A DNA stretch of 64,000 nt from Octopus vulgaris (GCA_951406725.2 OX597832.1:27652001-27716000), one strand, 5' to 3'; numbered from the stretch's first letter, positions 14,323 to 27,082 are shown. Numbers and translations are program-made. Notes: generated from the sequence alone by a model not told the origin.

Positions 14323-14353
<31 letters not shown>

Positions 14354-14567
14354 GCTGCTGCTGCTACTACTACTATTTCTACTGCAACCACCACTATTCT
14401 CCCCACTACCACTACAACAAGCATTACTACTACTACAACTACTACTATTTCTACTGCAACCACCACAACAAGCATTACTACTACTACCACTACTACTATT
14501 TCTACTGCAACCACCACTGTTCTCCCCACTACCACCACTACCACCACAACCACCACCACCATCATCA
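14220..14567. repeat. Compound CTA/CCA triplet repeat with higher-order units, next to exon 9 donor
   Basis: Recurring CAAGCATTACTAC and TATTTCTACTGCAACC. Confidence 0.9.
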
Positions 14568-14578
14568 CGAATACTTAC

Positions 14579-15298
14579 CTAATATAATAGCAAATGTGAG
14601 CCGTCCGCTCATCGTTCCGGACACACGAAGCACAACGGTGAGAAGATTTCCGGAAGACATGAGAGGGAAATCAATAAGGTCTTCCTCTATATAATACTTC
14701 TTGTTATTATTGATCACCGTCACCTTCTCGACACTGGTCACGGGGTTATAGTTCAAGATCTGGATGGTTGGCCTTAACTTGTAATCGGTTGATTTTATCA
14801 CATAAGTGAATTCTTTGTCGATCCTGAACTTTCCCGGTTCGGTTATAAACAGGGTGGTTTCTTGCGTGAGAGGGAAAGATTGGCTTTCCTTTAGGACGGT
14901 AACCTGATCGGATCTCATGAAGTTCCGTATACCAATCGCTTCGGCTTCGGTGAAGAATGGATCGTATGTGAAACCACTGAGGAAATTGTCACGGAATGTG
15001 CTGTATGCGGTTTCCAAAAATGGGTATTTTGTAACAAGACCATGACCCTGGCTCCTGTGCACATTACAGTGTTCCATTCGGTTGTTGGTGTACGGGTGGT
15101 TAAGTCTAACATAGATTCCATCGGCACTGGATTCTGTCACGGTAACATTGCTAATGTCATAGTAATTGTAGTCAATCTGCAAGGCCGACGAGAAATGCAT
15201 GGTTGAGTGATCATGCATGCCGGCTCTATCGATCATAACACTTCGAAGTTGGGTCTCCTGTCGGTCTTTGATCTTCGGAACTGCGGCCAGAGTGATCC
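14579..15298 (-). CDS. bark: bark-like exon 9 (beta-helix, CUB-like module 2)
   Basis: tttttcag|GG; ORF 14565-15377; G|GTAAGT; 720 nt. Confidence 0.92.
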
Positions 15299-15459
15299 CT
15301 GAAAAATAATCAAAAACGAAATAAGGATGGCAATAAACGAACCCCATCAGAATCCTTATCTTCAGTACCAACAACAATACATCAAGCTAATGGTGGGCCC
15401 AATATCTAAGTTGCTGAACATGACAGAAAAAGGAACGAAGTCTTCAAATCACACATTAC

Positions 15460-16061
15460 CTATTTCTTTACTACCCACAAGGGGCTAAACACAGAGAAGA
15501 CAAACAAGGACAGAAAAACGGATTAAGTCGATTTTATTGACCCCAGTGCGTAACTGGTACTTAATTTATCGACCCCGAAAGGATGAAAGGCAAAGTCAAC
15601 CTCAGCAGAATTTGAACTCAGAACGTAGCGGCAGACGAAATACCTATTTCTTTATTGCCCACAAGGGGCTAAACACGGAGAAGACAAACAAGGACAGACA
15701 AACGGATTAAGTCGATTTTATCGACCTCAGTGCGTAACTGGTACTTAATTTATCGACCCCGAAAGGATGAAAGGCAAAGTCAACCTCGGCGGAATTTGAA
15801 CTCAGAACGTAGCGGCAGACGAAATACCTATTTCTTTATTGTCCACAAGGGGCTAAACACAGAGAAGACGAACAAGGACAGACAAACAGATTAAGTCGAT
15901 TTTATCGACCTCAGTGCGTAACTGGTACTTAATTTATCGACCCCGAAAGGATGAAAGGCAAAGTCAACCTCGGCGGAATTTGAACTCAGAACGTAGCGAC
16001 GGGCGAAATACCGCTAAGCATTTCGCCCGGCATGCTAACGTTTCTGCCAGCTCGCCGCCTT
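15460..16061 (-). mobile_element. tRNA-head Meta-like SINE, trimer
   Basis: One head plus three 184-bp bodies (period 15460/15644/15828); B box GAGTTCAAATTC. Confidence 0.85.
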
Positions 16062-16205
16062 TTATAAAGAGTGCCAGTCCGGGATCCTTCGCAATCAGCC
16101 CGGGGTCCATCAGCTGACTGCGGATCGACGGATGGATAGATGATGATGATGATGATGGTAATGATGACGATGAAATAAAAACAAAACTGAATAGCTGGCA
16201 CTTAC

Positions 16206-16446
16206 CTGACCATGTTGGAATTTGGCAATGTATGAAAACGTCTTGGTCATGGGAACAATCTATCGGGGTCTGGGAATCAGATAAGCATTTGGTCAAATCA
16301 GTGTCTTCCTCTGTACACGAAACCCAGTTTAATAGGATTGATGTCGATGTAGGGGCTGAGGCTTTCACTTGTGGTTGACCAAACCGAGGGTTATATGCTA
16401 ACCCCAGCTGGTTGCACGCTACAACAGAGTTCTGTTCAGTCCAACC
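16206..16446 (-). CDS. bark: bark-like exon 8 (SRCR2)
   Basis: gacag|GGT; GWTEQNSVVACNQLG..CSHDQDVFIHC; G|GTAAGT; 241 nt. Confidence 0.92.
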
Positions 16447-16669
16447 CTGTCATTAAAAATATTTTTCATTACTTTCCCAAACAATGACAGCGATATTATT
16501 TACATTATTTACATTATTAACCATTATGCCATATGCTCGTTGATATTCAGCTGGGCATTATTATATCCAGATTACCAGTTTTGAATGACCTACAATTGTC
16601 TGATCCCACTGACCAAACAATAACAAAAGAGAGAAAGAGAGAGTTAAGAATAACACAAGAGAAACGTAC

Positions 16670-18147
16670 CTTATTGCAAACTGTTCCCCAGGTGCCACCG
16701 AGTTCCACTTCAAGACGGCCTTCTTGTTCAGTGCTGCCATCAACCAATCGAATTGGAAACGTCATGTTCTCAACAACGGTATCGTAGTTGTCTTCAAGAG
16801 AGAACCTAACCCAATCTTCTTTCCTTCCATCTGCAACCAGTGCCCCGTACACTATCATACCGACAGAGTTCTGAAACGAGAGCTCTGTTCCAGGCGGAAT
16901 GGTCAATGTTGCTTCCGGCTCAATGTAGATATCTTTATCAACAGTGTAAAAACCTTTCGGTAATACTTTATTTTCTTTCAGTTCTCCGCCAATGATTTGA
17001 CCTCGCAGGAAAATGTTTTTCGAGTCTGGCTTAAGTGCTGGAGTGACTTGACGATCCCCAAAAATCCGCTCGTCAGCTAATGCCGGGAAGAAATTGATGA
17101 TAGCCAGGTTATAACGGTCATCTCGGTCAAATATTCTGAGATAGAAATTTTGATAATCAGGAGAACCCCAGTAATTCATTGTGGCGTCGATTGTTTTAGA
17201 CGGATCGGTTAAATGCGTTGCCATTTCTCGAGTTGAATTTGGGTTAGAGATTATGTTCAATACTGCAACCACTTTACTTGACGAAATTATTAGAACTGCA
17301 TTTGCTTTGGAACGAGGGTTTAGAAAAGGAAATGAATTTTGAATATTATTGTCCAACAGTTTATTATTTATAAACATTAACGATTGTTCAGAAGACTCTT
17401 CGGTAAGCCTGATGTTAACGGCATAAGGACCATGATTATCCCTAAATTCATTACCATACATATCATAATCTACAGGGAACTTAGCATACCAACGAGACAC
17501 GAGTATATCTTCCCCATTGTTCATTAGAAGAGCACCATTTAAATGGTCCCTGAAGGTATTATTGGCTATTTTGCCACGAGTATTTAATATCGGTGCCATT
17601 AATATAGCTTGTTTCCCATTCGAAACAAACTGACTCATCGTTACAGAAAAATTGGTCGTCGGAGAAGTGGTATTACAAGACAAGTATTCTATAGCCTCTC
17701 GCAGGTTATTTTCAAAGAAACTTTTATCAATAAGCACATCTGCTGACTTACAGTAATTACCAACACGAAATGCTGCCAAAGAATTTTCGGAAAATTTACT
17801 GGAGTAGGAATATATATCTAAACCTTGTTCTATACGAGATCTGTTAAGTTTCAAGAATTCCAAGTAGACACCATAACCTTGGTTACCGATAGCTCTAGTG
17901 TGATTAAACAAGATTCGACCACCAGAATATGTGATGTTGGCACCAGCAAGGGCATTGTTTTGCAGAAGGGTATTGTTAACATTGACAATCCCTGCTCCTT
18001 GGAATACTCGCAGACCTGCTTCATAACCATTATTCATTATTCGGGTGGAATTGACCCAGATTAAGCATCTCATGTCTTGAACAGAAATGCCATGGTGATT
18101 ATTGTTGGAAACATTAGATTCGGTGATCCAAAAGTCTGGGGTTGGAC
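16670..18147 (-). CDS. bark: bark-like exon 7 (beta-helix, start of module 2, start of SRCR2)
   Basis: ttacag|GT; Asn-rich PbH-like repeats, NYWGS, IRLVDGSTEQEGRLEVELGGTWGTVC; AAG|GTACGT; 1478 nt. Confidence 0.93.
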
Positions 18148-18247
18148 CTGTAAGACATAAAAAAAAATGGCACCGTTTGATAATGAAAGATATTCTAAAA
18201 CTTCCATAAATTATAAAGGGAATTTGTCAAACAAGAACAACAACAAC

Positions 18248-18277
<30 letters not shown>

Positions 18278-18278
<1 letters not shown>

Positions 18279-18832
18279 GCCCTGATGCAGTACCAGGCCA
18301 TGGCTCTCATGGCTTCTGATCTTAACTGATTGGAAGTGTTATCATGTACATTGTTTTGTCTTGGTATAAAAGATGGGCTACAGCAAATATTCTGCTCAAT
18401 ACCACAGATTTGCTTGTCAGTTGTTTGAGCTTAACCAGTTGAGCATGTCCCTTGGTGGTTGACGATATGTGCATCTCTGATTACGAGCAGAAGTATTTGG
18501 GGAGCATCATAGCCATGTGTTGAGAGGGATTCTTTGGGGTTTGAATAATTTACCTCTGGAAACATGGGTGTTTCATTCAACATCCTTAAACAATCCTTAT
18601 TCAGGGACCTTTTGAGTGGGATGGGCTACTCAACCTGAAGAAAATTCTAACTGGACCCCACCTGCAAGGTCATGTGCTGTTTATCTTGATATGAGATCAC
18701 CATGTCATGCACATATGGTTATGATGCATGTGCCTGGGGTACCCTTATCAGACAGGTAGTCATGATGGGTATACTGGGCTTCGTATATTTTACCCCAGTG
18801 TCACTTTGATGGCATGAACTGCTCTCTCACTC
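18278..18832 (+). mobile_element. 555-bp non-coding repeat inserted in (TAA)n, copy 2
   Basis: TGCCCTGATGCAGTACC...CTCTCTCACTC flanked by (AAT)n. Confidence 0.8.
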
Positions 18833-19604
18833 AATAATAATAATAATAATCATATAATAATTCTGCTTGTTTATAATGCAGCCCCTCATGTGTGTGTATC
18901 CGTGTGTGTGTGTGCATGTATTTCCTCAACCACCACCACTACTGCCACGGTTGGTTTCTTTCTGTCCCAGTAACTTAGCAGTTTGTCAAACAGAGACTGA
19001 TAAGTACTTGGTTGATTTGTTCAACTAAAAAAAAAAAAAAAATCATCAAGGAGGTGCTCCAGTTTGGCCACAATCCATAGAATGAAACATGTATAAGAGA
19101 AAACAGCTACAGTGAACATCTGCAAGAACTGAACACGTTCGTGGGAGGGTGAACATGCATTAGTGAACAAGCAGAATTGCGTGAGAGAGAGAGAAGTGAC
19201 TAAAGACATATCGTTATTGGCTGTGGTGAGTGATTAAAGACTTACCAGTATTGATCATTGTGAGTAGGAGTGCTGAGAGTATGAGTGACAGCAGTGATAA
19301 TGAGTGACTCAACAATACTCAACAATATTGGCCATTGTGAGGGCAATTTGTCTTGTTTTCATAAGTTCTGAATTAAAATCTTCCACCAAACCTTAGTCAC
19401 AATTTATGTTCCTAACACTAGCTGAATGATAACTAAGTTATTTTACTAAATTCTTTGTTAAATTCAAAATTAATTGAAAGCAAAAAAGAGCATCTGAACA
19501 GAAATATGGTAACATGAGGATTAATGAGTCACAAAAGATTCACCAATGTGGGAGAAAGTGACTAAAGGCTTACTTGTTAAGAAAAGAAGTGAGTAAAAAC
19601 TTAC

Positions 19605-19872
19605 CAAAATTGGTTGAGAGTCGAAGTAAGAACCTTATACAATATTTAAAGACGGAACAGTATCCTCGTCTTTTGAAATTGAAATTGATTTTTATAACAT
19701 TGGAGAGAGTTGTGATTGACTGAGGGTAGCTACCATTCCGTATTGGCACCGTCTTTGTCATCGTTTTACCAACATCTCCATAAGATATGATTAGTTCACC
19801 TTCACTCTCGGGGTCAGTCTCCAGCAACAGGAAGTGCAAGGTAAGTTGCATGTTTTCACGGGTTGTAAAAGT
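19605..19872 (-). CDS. bark: bark-like exon 6 (CUB-like module 1)
   Basis: tttcag|ACT; TFTTRENMQLTLHF..SNVIKINF; G|GTAAGT; 268 nt. Confidence 0.9.
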
Positions 19873-19914
19873 CTGAAACGGAAACAGCTAACATTACTTA
19901 CAACAACAACAACA

Positions 19915-20930
19915 ACCATCATCATCATAATCATAATAATCATCATCATCGTTTATCATCCATTTTCCATGCTGGCATGGTTTGGACAGTTTGAGTGAGG
20001 TCTGGAAAGCCAGCAGCTGCACCAGGCTCCAGTCTGATCTGGCAGTGTTTCTACAGTTGGATGCCCTTCCTGACACCAACCTGAGAAGCCAGGAGGCTGC
20101 ACCAGGCTCCAGTCTGATCTGGCAGTGTTTCTACAGCTGGATGCCCTTCCTGACACCAACCTGAGAAGCCAGGAGGCTGCACAAGGCTCCAGTTTGATCT
20201 GGCAGTGTTTCTACAGCTGGATGCTCTTCCTGACACCAACCACTCCGAGAGAGTGTAATGGGTGCTTTTTACATCCCACTGGCATAAGGGCCAGACTGGG
20301 GGCCCTAGCATCAATCATATTCAGATTGTGCTTTTTTATGTGCCACTGGCATGGAAGCCAGTCAGGCGACACTGTTATCGACTCATGCTTGAATGGTGTT
20401 TTTTACATGCCACCGGCTCTGGAGCCAGTCGGGAGGCACTAGCATTAACCCCATTTAGATGGTGCCCTTTACATTCCACCTGAAGGAAGGCTGTCGCGTA
20501 TATATATATATATATATATATCATCATCATCATCACCATTATCATCGTTTAACATCTGCTTTCCATGCTGGCATGGGTTGGACAGTTTGACTGAGGACCA
20601 GCAAGCCATGGAGGCTGCACCAGGCTCCAATCTGATTTGGCAAGGTTCTACAGCTCGATGCCCTTCCTGACACCAATCACTCCAAGAGTGCAGTGGGTGC
20701 CTTTTACGTGCCAGTTAGGTGGTACAGGCATCAACCACACTCAAATGGTGCTTTTTTTACGTGCCACTGGCATGGGTGCCAATCAGGTGCCACTGGCATC
20801 GGCCGCCACGACAATGACTTCACTTGCCTCAGCAGGTCTTCGCAAGCACAGTTTATTGCCCAGGGATTGAAGGATACCCTTAAATGGGCCGGTTATGTGA
20901 CACTGACATAGGCCACGGTTAGGGTCTCAT
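19915..20930 (-). mobile_element. Two (GAT)n-tailed retroposons carrying GGAAGGGCATCCAGCTGTAGAA (others at 1060-1480 and 4480-4605)
   Basis: Shared 3' end next to (CAT)n; 80-bp internal unit tripled at 20016/20096/20176. Confidence 0.7.
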
Positions 20931-21070
20931 CTCTTAAATATAGAACTGGACTACCTCATTGTCTGGAGATAAAAGGAAAGGCATGGAGATTGGGTTTCTG
21001 CTCCAAGAGTCAGCATCAGCATAACAATTATCCAACCTTATTTCCAGGAGACAAAGAAACTTATAAAAAA

Positions 21071-21243
21071 TAGGCGCAGGAGTGGCTGTGTGGTAAGTAG
21101 CTTGCTAACCAACCACATGGTTCCGGGTTCAGTCCCACTGCGTGGCACCTTGGGCAAGTGTCTTCTACTATAGCCCTGGGCCGACCAATGCCTTGTGAGT
21201 GGATTTGGTAGACGGAAACTGAAAGAAGCCTGTCGTATATATG

Positions 21244-21274
<31 letters not shown>

Positions 21275-21490
21275 TTGTGTGTCTGTGTTTGTCCCCCTAG
21301 CATTGCTTGACAACCGATGCTGGTGTGTTTACGTCCCCGTCACTTAGCGGTTCGGCAAAAGAGACCGATAGAATAAGTACTGGGCTTACAAAGAATAAGT
21401 CCCGGGGTCGATTTGCTCGACTAAAGGTGGTTCTCCAGCATGGCCGCAGTCAAATGACTGAAACAAGTAAAAGAGTAAAGAGAAAGAGAA
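21071..21490 (+). mobile_element. tRNA/CORE-like SINE
   Basis: Full-length copy. Confidence 0.88.
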
Positions 21491-21571
21491 TACATTTATG
21501 AACAAGGAAATTTGCATAATTTAAACAGAAAAAAGGGACGCCCTTGCACCTGCATCCTGTTTGCTACTTAC

Positions 21572-21825
21572 ATGCTCGCATCCAGGAACCGCAATATCAT
21601 AGGAGTTTGTGTGAACAACCTGCTCTCCCAAATAGATTGGATAGCGGTTGTAGGAAAGTTGTACACGTTTACAGAAGAAATAAGGTTGACTGAAAAGTCT
21701 GTCGAAATCATGGGGCAAAGTCTTGTTGATGCTGTAAAACTTGATTCCATCTCCCCAGTTGCGCTGGATCACGGATTTTTCTATCTTGACTTCACCTACC
21801 ACTGACTTTACATACATACCATGAC
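21572..21825 (-). CDS. bark: bark-like exon 5
   Basis: ttgcag|GT; GHGMYVKS..NWGDGIKF; CAT|GTAAGT; 254 nt. Confidence 0.9.
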
Positions 21826-21884
21826 CTGCAATGATAAGAAACCGAAAATTAAGTTAGAATAAAATTAAATTACGCACACACATA

Positions 21885-22051
21885 TAGGCGCAGGAGTGGC
21901 TGTGTGGTAATTAGCTTGCTTACCAACCACATGGTTCCGGGTTCAGTCCCACTGCGTGGCACCTTGGGCAAGTGTCTTCTACTATAGCCTCGGGCTGACC
22001 AAAGCCTTGTGAGTGGACTTGGTAGATGGAAACTGAAAGAAGCCTGTCGTA

Positions 22052-22092
<41 letters not shown>

Positions 22093-22302
22093 TTGTATGT
22101 CTGTGTTTGTCCCACTAGCATTGCTTGACAACCAATGCTGGTGTGTTTATGTCCCCGTAACTTAGCGGTTCGGCAAAAGAGACCGATAGAATAAGTACTG
22201 GGCTTACAAAGAATAAGTCCCGGGGTCGAGTTGCTCGATTAAAGGCGGTGCTCCAGCATGGCCACAGTCAAATGACTGAAACAAGTAAAAGAGTAAAAGA
22301 GT
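21885..22302 (+). mobile_element. tRNA/CORE-like SINE
   Basis: Full-length copy. Confidence 0.88.
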
Positions 22303-22309
22303 ACACAAA

Positions 22310-23400
22310 TATATGCACACCTCACTTCTTAACAGGACTTAAAAGATTGATTGAGTTGAACCCATCAAAATCGATGGCAAATTTGGTTCAAGATTGAAGA
22401 GTCAGTACAATGAGCATTTCTAGGGCTGTGAGAAAAGACCTTCATATGAAATCATATGTGAGGAGATGCCATAACAGCCTAACTTCCCACCTGAAAACCA
22501 TTTGAGCCGAAAGAAGTTCCAAACTTCTTAGTTACCTGAAACATCGGGGCAAAGACGTCTGCATCTTGATGGAGGAAAAGAAGTTCATGGTAGATGAAAC
22601 TGCAAACCGTCAAAACACCTGAGTGAAAGCACAGGATCTTTTCCAAGTTCCTTCAGCTATGCATAGCAAGAATCCAGCTTCCATTATGGTCTTTGGAGCT
22701 GTTGCAAGTGATGGGAAATCAATGCCTCCTCATTCAATTGAAGTGGTTCTTCAAATCAACACAGCAGATTATCTCGAAATCTTAGAAGTTTTGTTGCCTT
22801 GGATTAGGAAGCATTATGATGCAAGTCGAGTCTGGTTTGTACTGGACTCTGCACCAGACCTCTCTCTCTTTCGGAGATGCACTGAGCAGCTATACGCACA
22901 CATACACACACAGCAGTAACTCCCACCTACCGAATTCAATCACAAAGCTCCGGTCAGCTCGGGGCTATAGCGGAAGACACCTACCCAAAGTGCCACGCAG
23001 TGGGACTGAACCTGAAACCATGTAGTTAGGAAGCAAGCTCCCTAACCACACAGCCATGCCCGCACCTACCATTCTTCGAAAAGAGTGCAAGAATTTTTGA
23101 AGGGATTACTCATATTTTTTCCCTAAAGATATCTGGCCCTCTAGCTCACCAGATTTGAGTCTGTGTTATTTTTGGTTATGGGACACAGTTGAAGCAATAT
23201 CCAAGGCAACTTCTCACAACTGTGTGTCTTCACCAAAGTGAACATTTGGCGAAATGAAAAAGAAGAAACGGTTAAGGCATACGCATCATTTCGGAAACGG
23301 ATTGTTTTGGTAAAGAAAGCAAATGGCTGTCACACTGAACTGAAATCAGAACTAAGCACTCCACAATAAATTGGCCTCTTTATAACATATACCACAAGCC
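22310..23400 (+). mobile_element. Decayed Tc1/mariner (maT-like) transposase with SINE insertion at ~22865-23068
   Basis: PASIMVFGAVASDG..YLEIL..LLPW..DSAP..WPSSSPDL; frameshifts. Confidence 0.75.
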
Positions 23401-23502
23401 TCGCATCGGTTTAATCTGATTTTGAGAAGACTCTTAGAGGCGATGCTGTTCTTGGGCTGTCGCTCAAAGACTAGAAACTGAAGAATAAAAACAACAACTC
23501 AC

Positions 23503-23862
23503 CTCTGTTGTCTTGAATTGTACAATTTTGCACGTTGACTTTGCCAAGAATATAAGTGAAATTTAAGGCATCGTAGGCTCCGTTGGATATTGTGACATTG
23601 TCCATGAATGGTACAAAAGGACTGGCGCTAATAGAGGCATATGGATGGTTAATGCCCAGTACTCCTTCACGGAAGACATCCAAACCTGCATACTCTACGT
23701 CAGAGTACCAAATACTGGAATCAGATTCTTCCATCTTTGTGTTGATTGTTTCATTAGTGACAAATTGTGTGGAAGAATTATAGAACTCAATACCCCGCCA
23801 ATGCGTCACGGCAACACCAGGCTGGAAACCTTCACACTCAAACCCGATTGTCTGCTGACCAT
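23503..23862 (-). CDS. bark: bark-like exon 4
   Basis: ttgcag|AT; DGQQTIGFECEG..HWRGIEF..YAGLD; G|GTGAGT; 360 nt. Confidence 0.92.
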
Positions 23863-24008
23863 CTGCAATTTTACAAAATTTGAAAATTCTTTGATTAAAT
23901 CACTGTTTAATAAATTTACTGAATAAAAATATTCATAATGTTTAAGTTGTGTGTGTGTGTGTGTGTATGGATGTAAATGTGAATGCATGTGTATGTATAT
24001 GGATGTGA

Positions 24009-24043
<35 letters not shown>

Positions 24044-24063
24044 CACACATTTGTGTTTATATA

Positions 24064-24296
24064 TATTTCTTCATTGCCCACAAGGGGCTAAACATTGAGG
24101 GGACAAACAAGGACAGACAAACGGATTAAGTCGATTACATCGACCCCAGTGCGTAACTGGTACTTATTTAATCGACCCCGAAAGGATGAAAGGCAAAGTT
24201 GACCTCGGCAGAATTTGAACCCAGAATGTAACGGCAGACGAAATACGGCTACGCATTTCGCCCGGTGCGCTAACGATTCTGCCAGCTTCCTGCCTT
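24064..24296 (-). mobile_element. Meta-like SINE monomer (others at 575-775, 3285-3460, 7843-7990, 49390-49540, 57286-57436, 63481-63713)
   Basis: Head plus one body. Confidence 0.8.
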
Positions 24297-24316
24297 ATGT
24301 GTGTTTATATATTACA

Positions 24317-24723
24317 TAGGCGCAGGGGTGGCTGTGTGGTAAGTAGCTTGCTTACCAACCACATGGTTCCGGGTTCAGTCCCACTGCGTGGCACCTTGGG
24401 CAAGTGTCTTCTGCTATAGCCACGGGCCGACCAAAGCCTTGTGAGTGGATTTGGTAGACGAAAACTGAAAGGAGCCTGTCGTATATATGTATATATATGC
24501 GTGTGTGTATTTGTGTGTCTGTGTTTGTCCCCCTAGCATTGCTTGACAACCGATGCTGGTGTGTTTATGTCCCCGTTACTTAGCGGTTCGGCATAAGAGA
24601 CCGATAGAATAAGTACTGGGCTTACAAAAGAATAAGTCCTGGGGTCGAGTTGCTCAATTAAAGGCGGTGCTCCAGCATGGCTGCAGTCAAATGACTGAAA
24701 CAAGTAAAAGAGTAAAAGAGAGT
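24317..24723 (+). mobile_element. tRNA/CORE-like SINE
   Basis: Full-length copy. Confidence 0.88.
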
Positions 24724-24844
24724 ATCTCCACAATATAAGTCATCGACCACTCAGCACTAGAATGATAGGTTATTGTTTATATATATACAAGATGTCTCAG
24801 CAGTTAGTCAATGCCAGTTTAAATTTATCTTCAGAAGAGATTTG

Positions 24845-25229
24845 TGGAGGCGCAATGGCCCAGTGGTTAGGGCAGCGGACTCGCGGTCGTAGGATCGCGG
24901 TTTCGATTCCCAAACCGGGCGTTGTGAGTGTTTATTGAGCGAAAACACCTAAAGCTCCATGAGGCTCCGGCAGGGATGGTGGTGATCCCTGCTGTACTCT
25001 TTCACCACAACTTTCTCTCACTCTTACTTCCTGTTTCTGTTGTACCTGTATTTCAAAGGGCCGGCCTTGTCACTCTCTGTGTCACGCTGAATATCCCCGA
25101 GAATTACGTTAAGGGTACACGTGTCTGTGGAGTGCTCAGCCACTTACACGTTAATTTCACGAGCAGGCTGTTCCGTTGATCGGATCAACCGGAACCCTCG
25201 TCGTCGTAACCGACGGAGTGCTTCTACCT
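24845..25229 (+). mobile_element. Young tRNA-derived SINE with perfect 15-bp TSD
   Basis: TTCAGAAGAGATTTG at 24830-24844 and 25230-25244; A box TGGCCCAGTGG, B box GTTTCGATTCC. Confidence 0.9.
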
Positions 25230-25261
25230 TTCAGAAGAGATTTGAAACTCAGCCAACTTAC

Positions 25262-25452
25262 CACAGATATGAAGCCCTGCTTTGATGGTTGTCCATCCAG
25301 AACATTCCGGGAGAGAATCTTCACTGCCTGTACAGTTTGGTTTTTCCAACAGTAGGTAATCAGAGACATTCTGAGAGAAGGAATGGTAAGTAAAGTTGCC
25401 TTTGAGGAACCCCAAGTGTCGACAAGTCACATTTGCATCTTCTTTGGTAAAA
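25262..25452 (-). CDS. bark: bark-like exon 3 (SRCR1)
   Basis: tctttcag|T; FTKEDANVTCRHLGF..CTGSEDSLPEC; G|GTAAGT; 191 nt, phases match neighbours. Confidence 0.92.
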
Positions 25453-25724
25453 CTGAAAGAAGAAAGGATATTAAAGGGAGGTAATACGCCTGTTTATGAA
25501 TAGACTATCAGTGATTGGTTAGGAGTCATGGGTTGTAAGTGTACACTATGAAAGACCCTTGCCAGGTCAATATTACATATTGTCCATCTATTTTCTCTGA
25601 CCACTATTCCTGGAAGCATTGTGGAGGCACAGTCCTCAGGTACCTCTTCTATAGAGTCCTATCAGAAGCAACCATCCTCACACTTTTCGGCTGGATTCCC
25701 ATATGTGACCAACAGGGACTCTGC

Positions 25725-25970
25725 GGATCTTGACCGTTTGACCGACAGATTTAAAAAAAAAAAATTTTTTGTAACTAAACACTTTCAAACTTCGGACACT
25801 GATAGAATGTGTCATATAAAACATCTTTTACTCTTAGCATTTTTGAGGAAAACTTATATTTACGAAGTTATTTCATGTTGAAGTTGTCGTATTTCGGTAA
25901 TTTCAACCAATCAATGACGTGTATTCAGCTGAATAAAATTACTGCCGTTGTTTGTCAACGTCAATTATCG
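25725..25970 (+). mobile_element. Half-MITE, GGATCTT-TIR family
   Basis: Reverse complement of 34860-35112; TIR related to the 38179 element. Confidence 0.7.
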
Positions 25971-26554
25971 TTTGTCCCTGTTATTTATGACAACAGTAAT
26001 ATTGTCCTTAATGCCTTTTACCTCCACCCCCAGGTTAACCCAGATTGAGCAGATATATGATCAAATATATTCCATCCATGACCATCCCATCCTTTATTTA
26101 GACATAGTCTATCTATGTCTACATTATGTAGAATGTCCTTCCTGTTTCTCAACACAACAAAGTGTAATATCAGGGATTATTTCTAGCAGGGGGTGTGATC
26201 ATTCACAGTCTCTGTCATTGACTGCTATCTCTAGCATATCAACTGGTTGCATAGAGGCTCCATCGTCAGTTAATTAACATTGTATTCATGTCAAAGGTCA
26301 CACCATCACCACCATCACTACGCCACCAGATACTACCACATCAACAGCAGCTAAAAACCACCCCACATACACTGCCATAACAACCAGAGGTCTACCACTC
26401 AACTACAACATATACCACCACATGAAGCCAACAGCACACCACTACTACATAAACTACATCACATCAACCACAATATACACCCCCCAATGATATAAACCAA
26501 CGCAATGTATCACCAACCACATCCTACCAGGACCACCACCACAACACTACTTAC

Positions 26555-26736
26555 TTGTTATAATTGGTGCAAACACCCCGCCATTTCTGCTGATAGAACA
26601 ACTCCAATCTCCCATCCATTGTTGTATTTCCATCCACAAGCCGAGCATCTGTCCTCCAGGGCCGTTGCTTCCCTACGACGTCATCGTAGTCACGATCCTT
26701 CGTGAACACTATCCGTCCACCAGCCTCTTCACTTCC
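26555..26736 (-). CDS. bark: bark-like exon 2 (start of SRCR1)
   Basis: ttctattcag|GGA; ARLVDGNTTMDGRLELFYQQKWRGVC; AA|GTAAGT; 182 nt. Confidence 0.92.
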
Positions 26737-27082
26737 CTGAATAGAATTAGACACAAGAAAATTATACATAAACACACACACACACACCATCTACTAATAG
26801 ACATGTGATAACCAGAACCTGCAGAAGAGCCTCATGAGGACACATTTAGATTTCAATCTCTTTTATATATTAATACACACACAATTTAAACGGGGTAAAA
26901 ACCCAAGATCTGTCCTCTTGAAGCACATCCATTTATTCCAATATTACAATCCAACATGGAATTGTTATATATATGTGAGGTACATTCTAGAACATTGAAC
27001 ATTCTAGAAATATCATTTAGAGAGTTTATTCTACATCAAAAGAGGAAGTTGGAAAGATTTTTGGTATTACATATTCACCGTT

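Noticed and set aside
15460-16061. CRISPR-like or satellite reading of the regular repeats
   Set aside because: Contiguous 184-bp SINE bodies without unique spacers; eukaryotic context, no cas genes.
24845-24925. Possible tRNA gene
   Set aside because: Poor acceptor stem; continues into a SINE body bounded by a 15-bp TSD.
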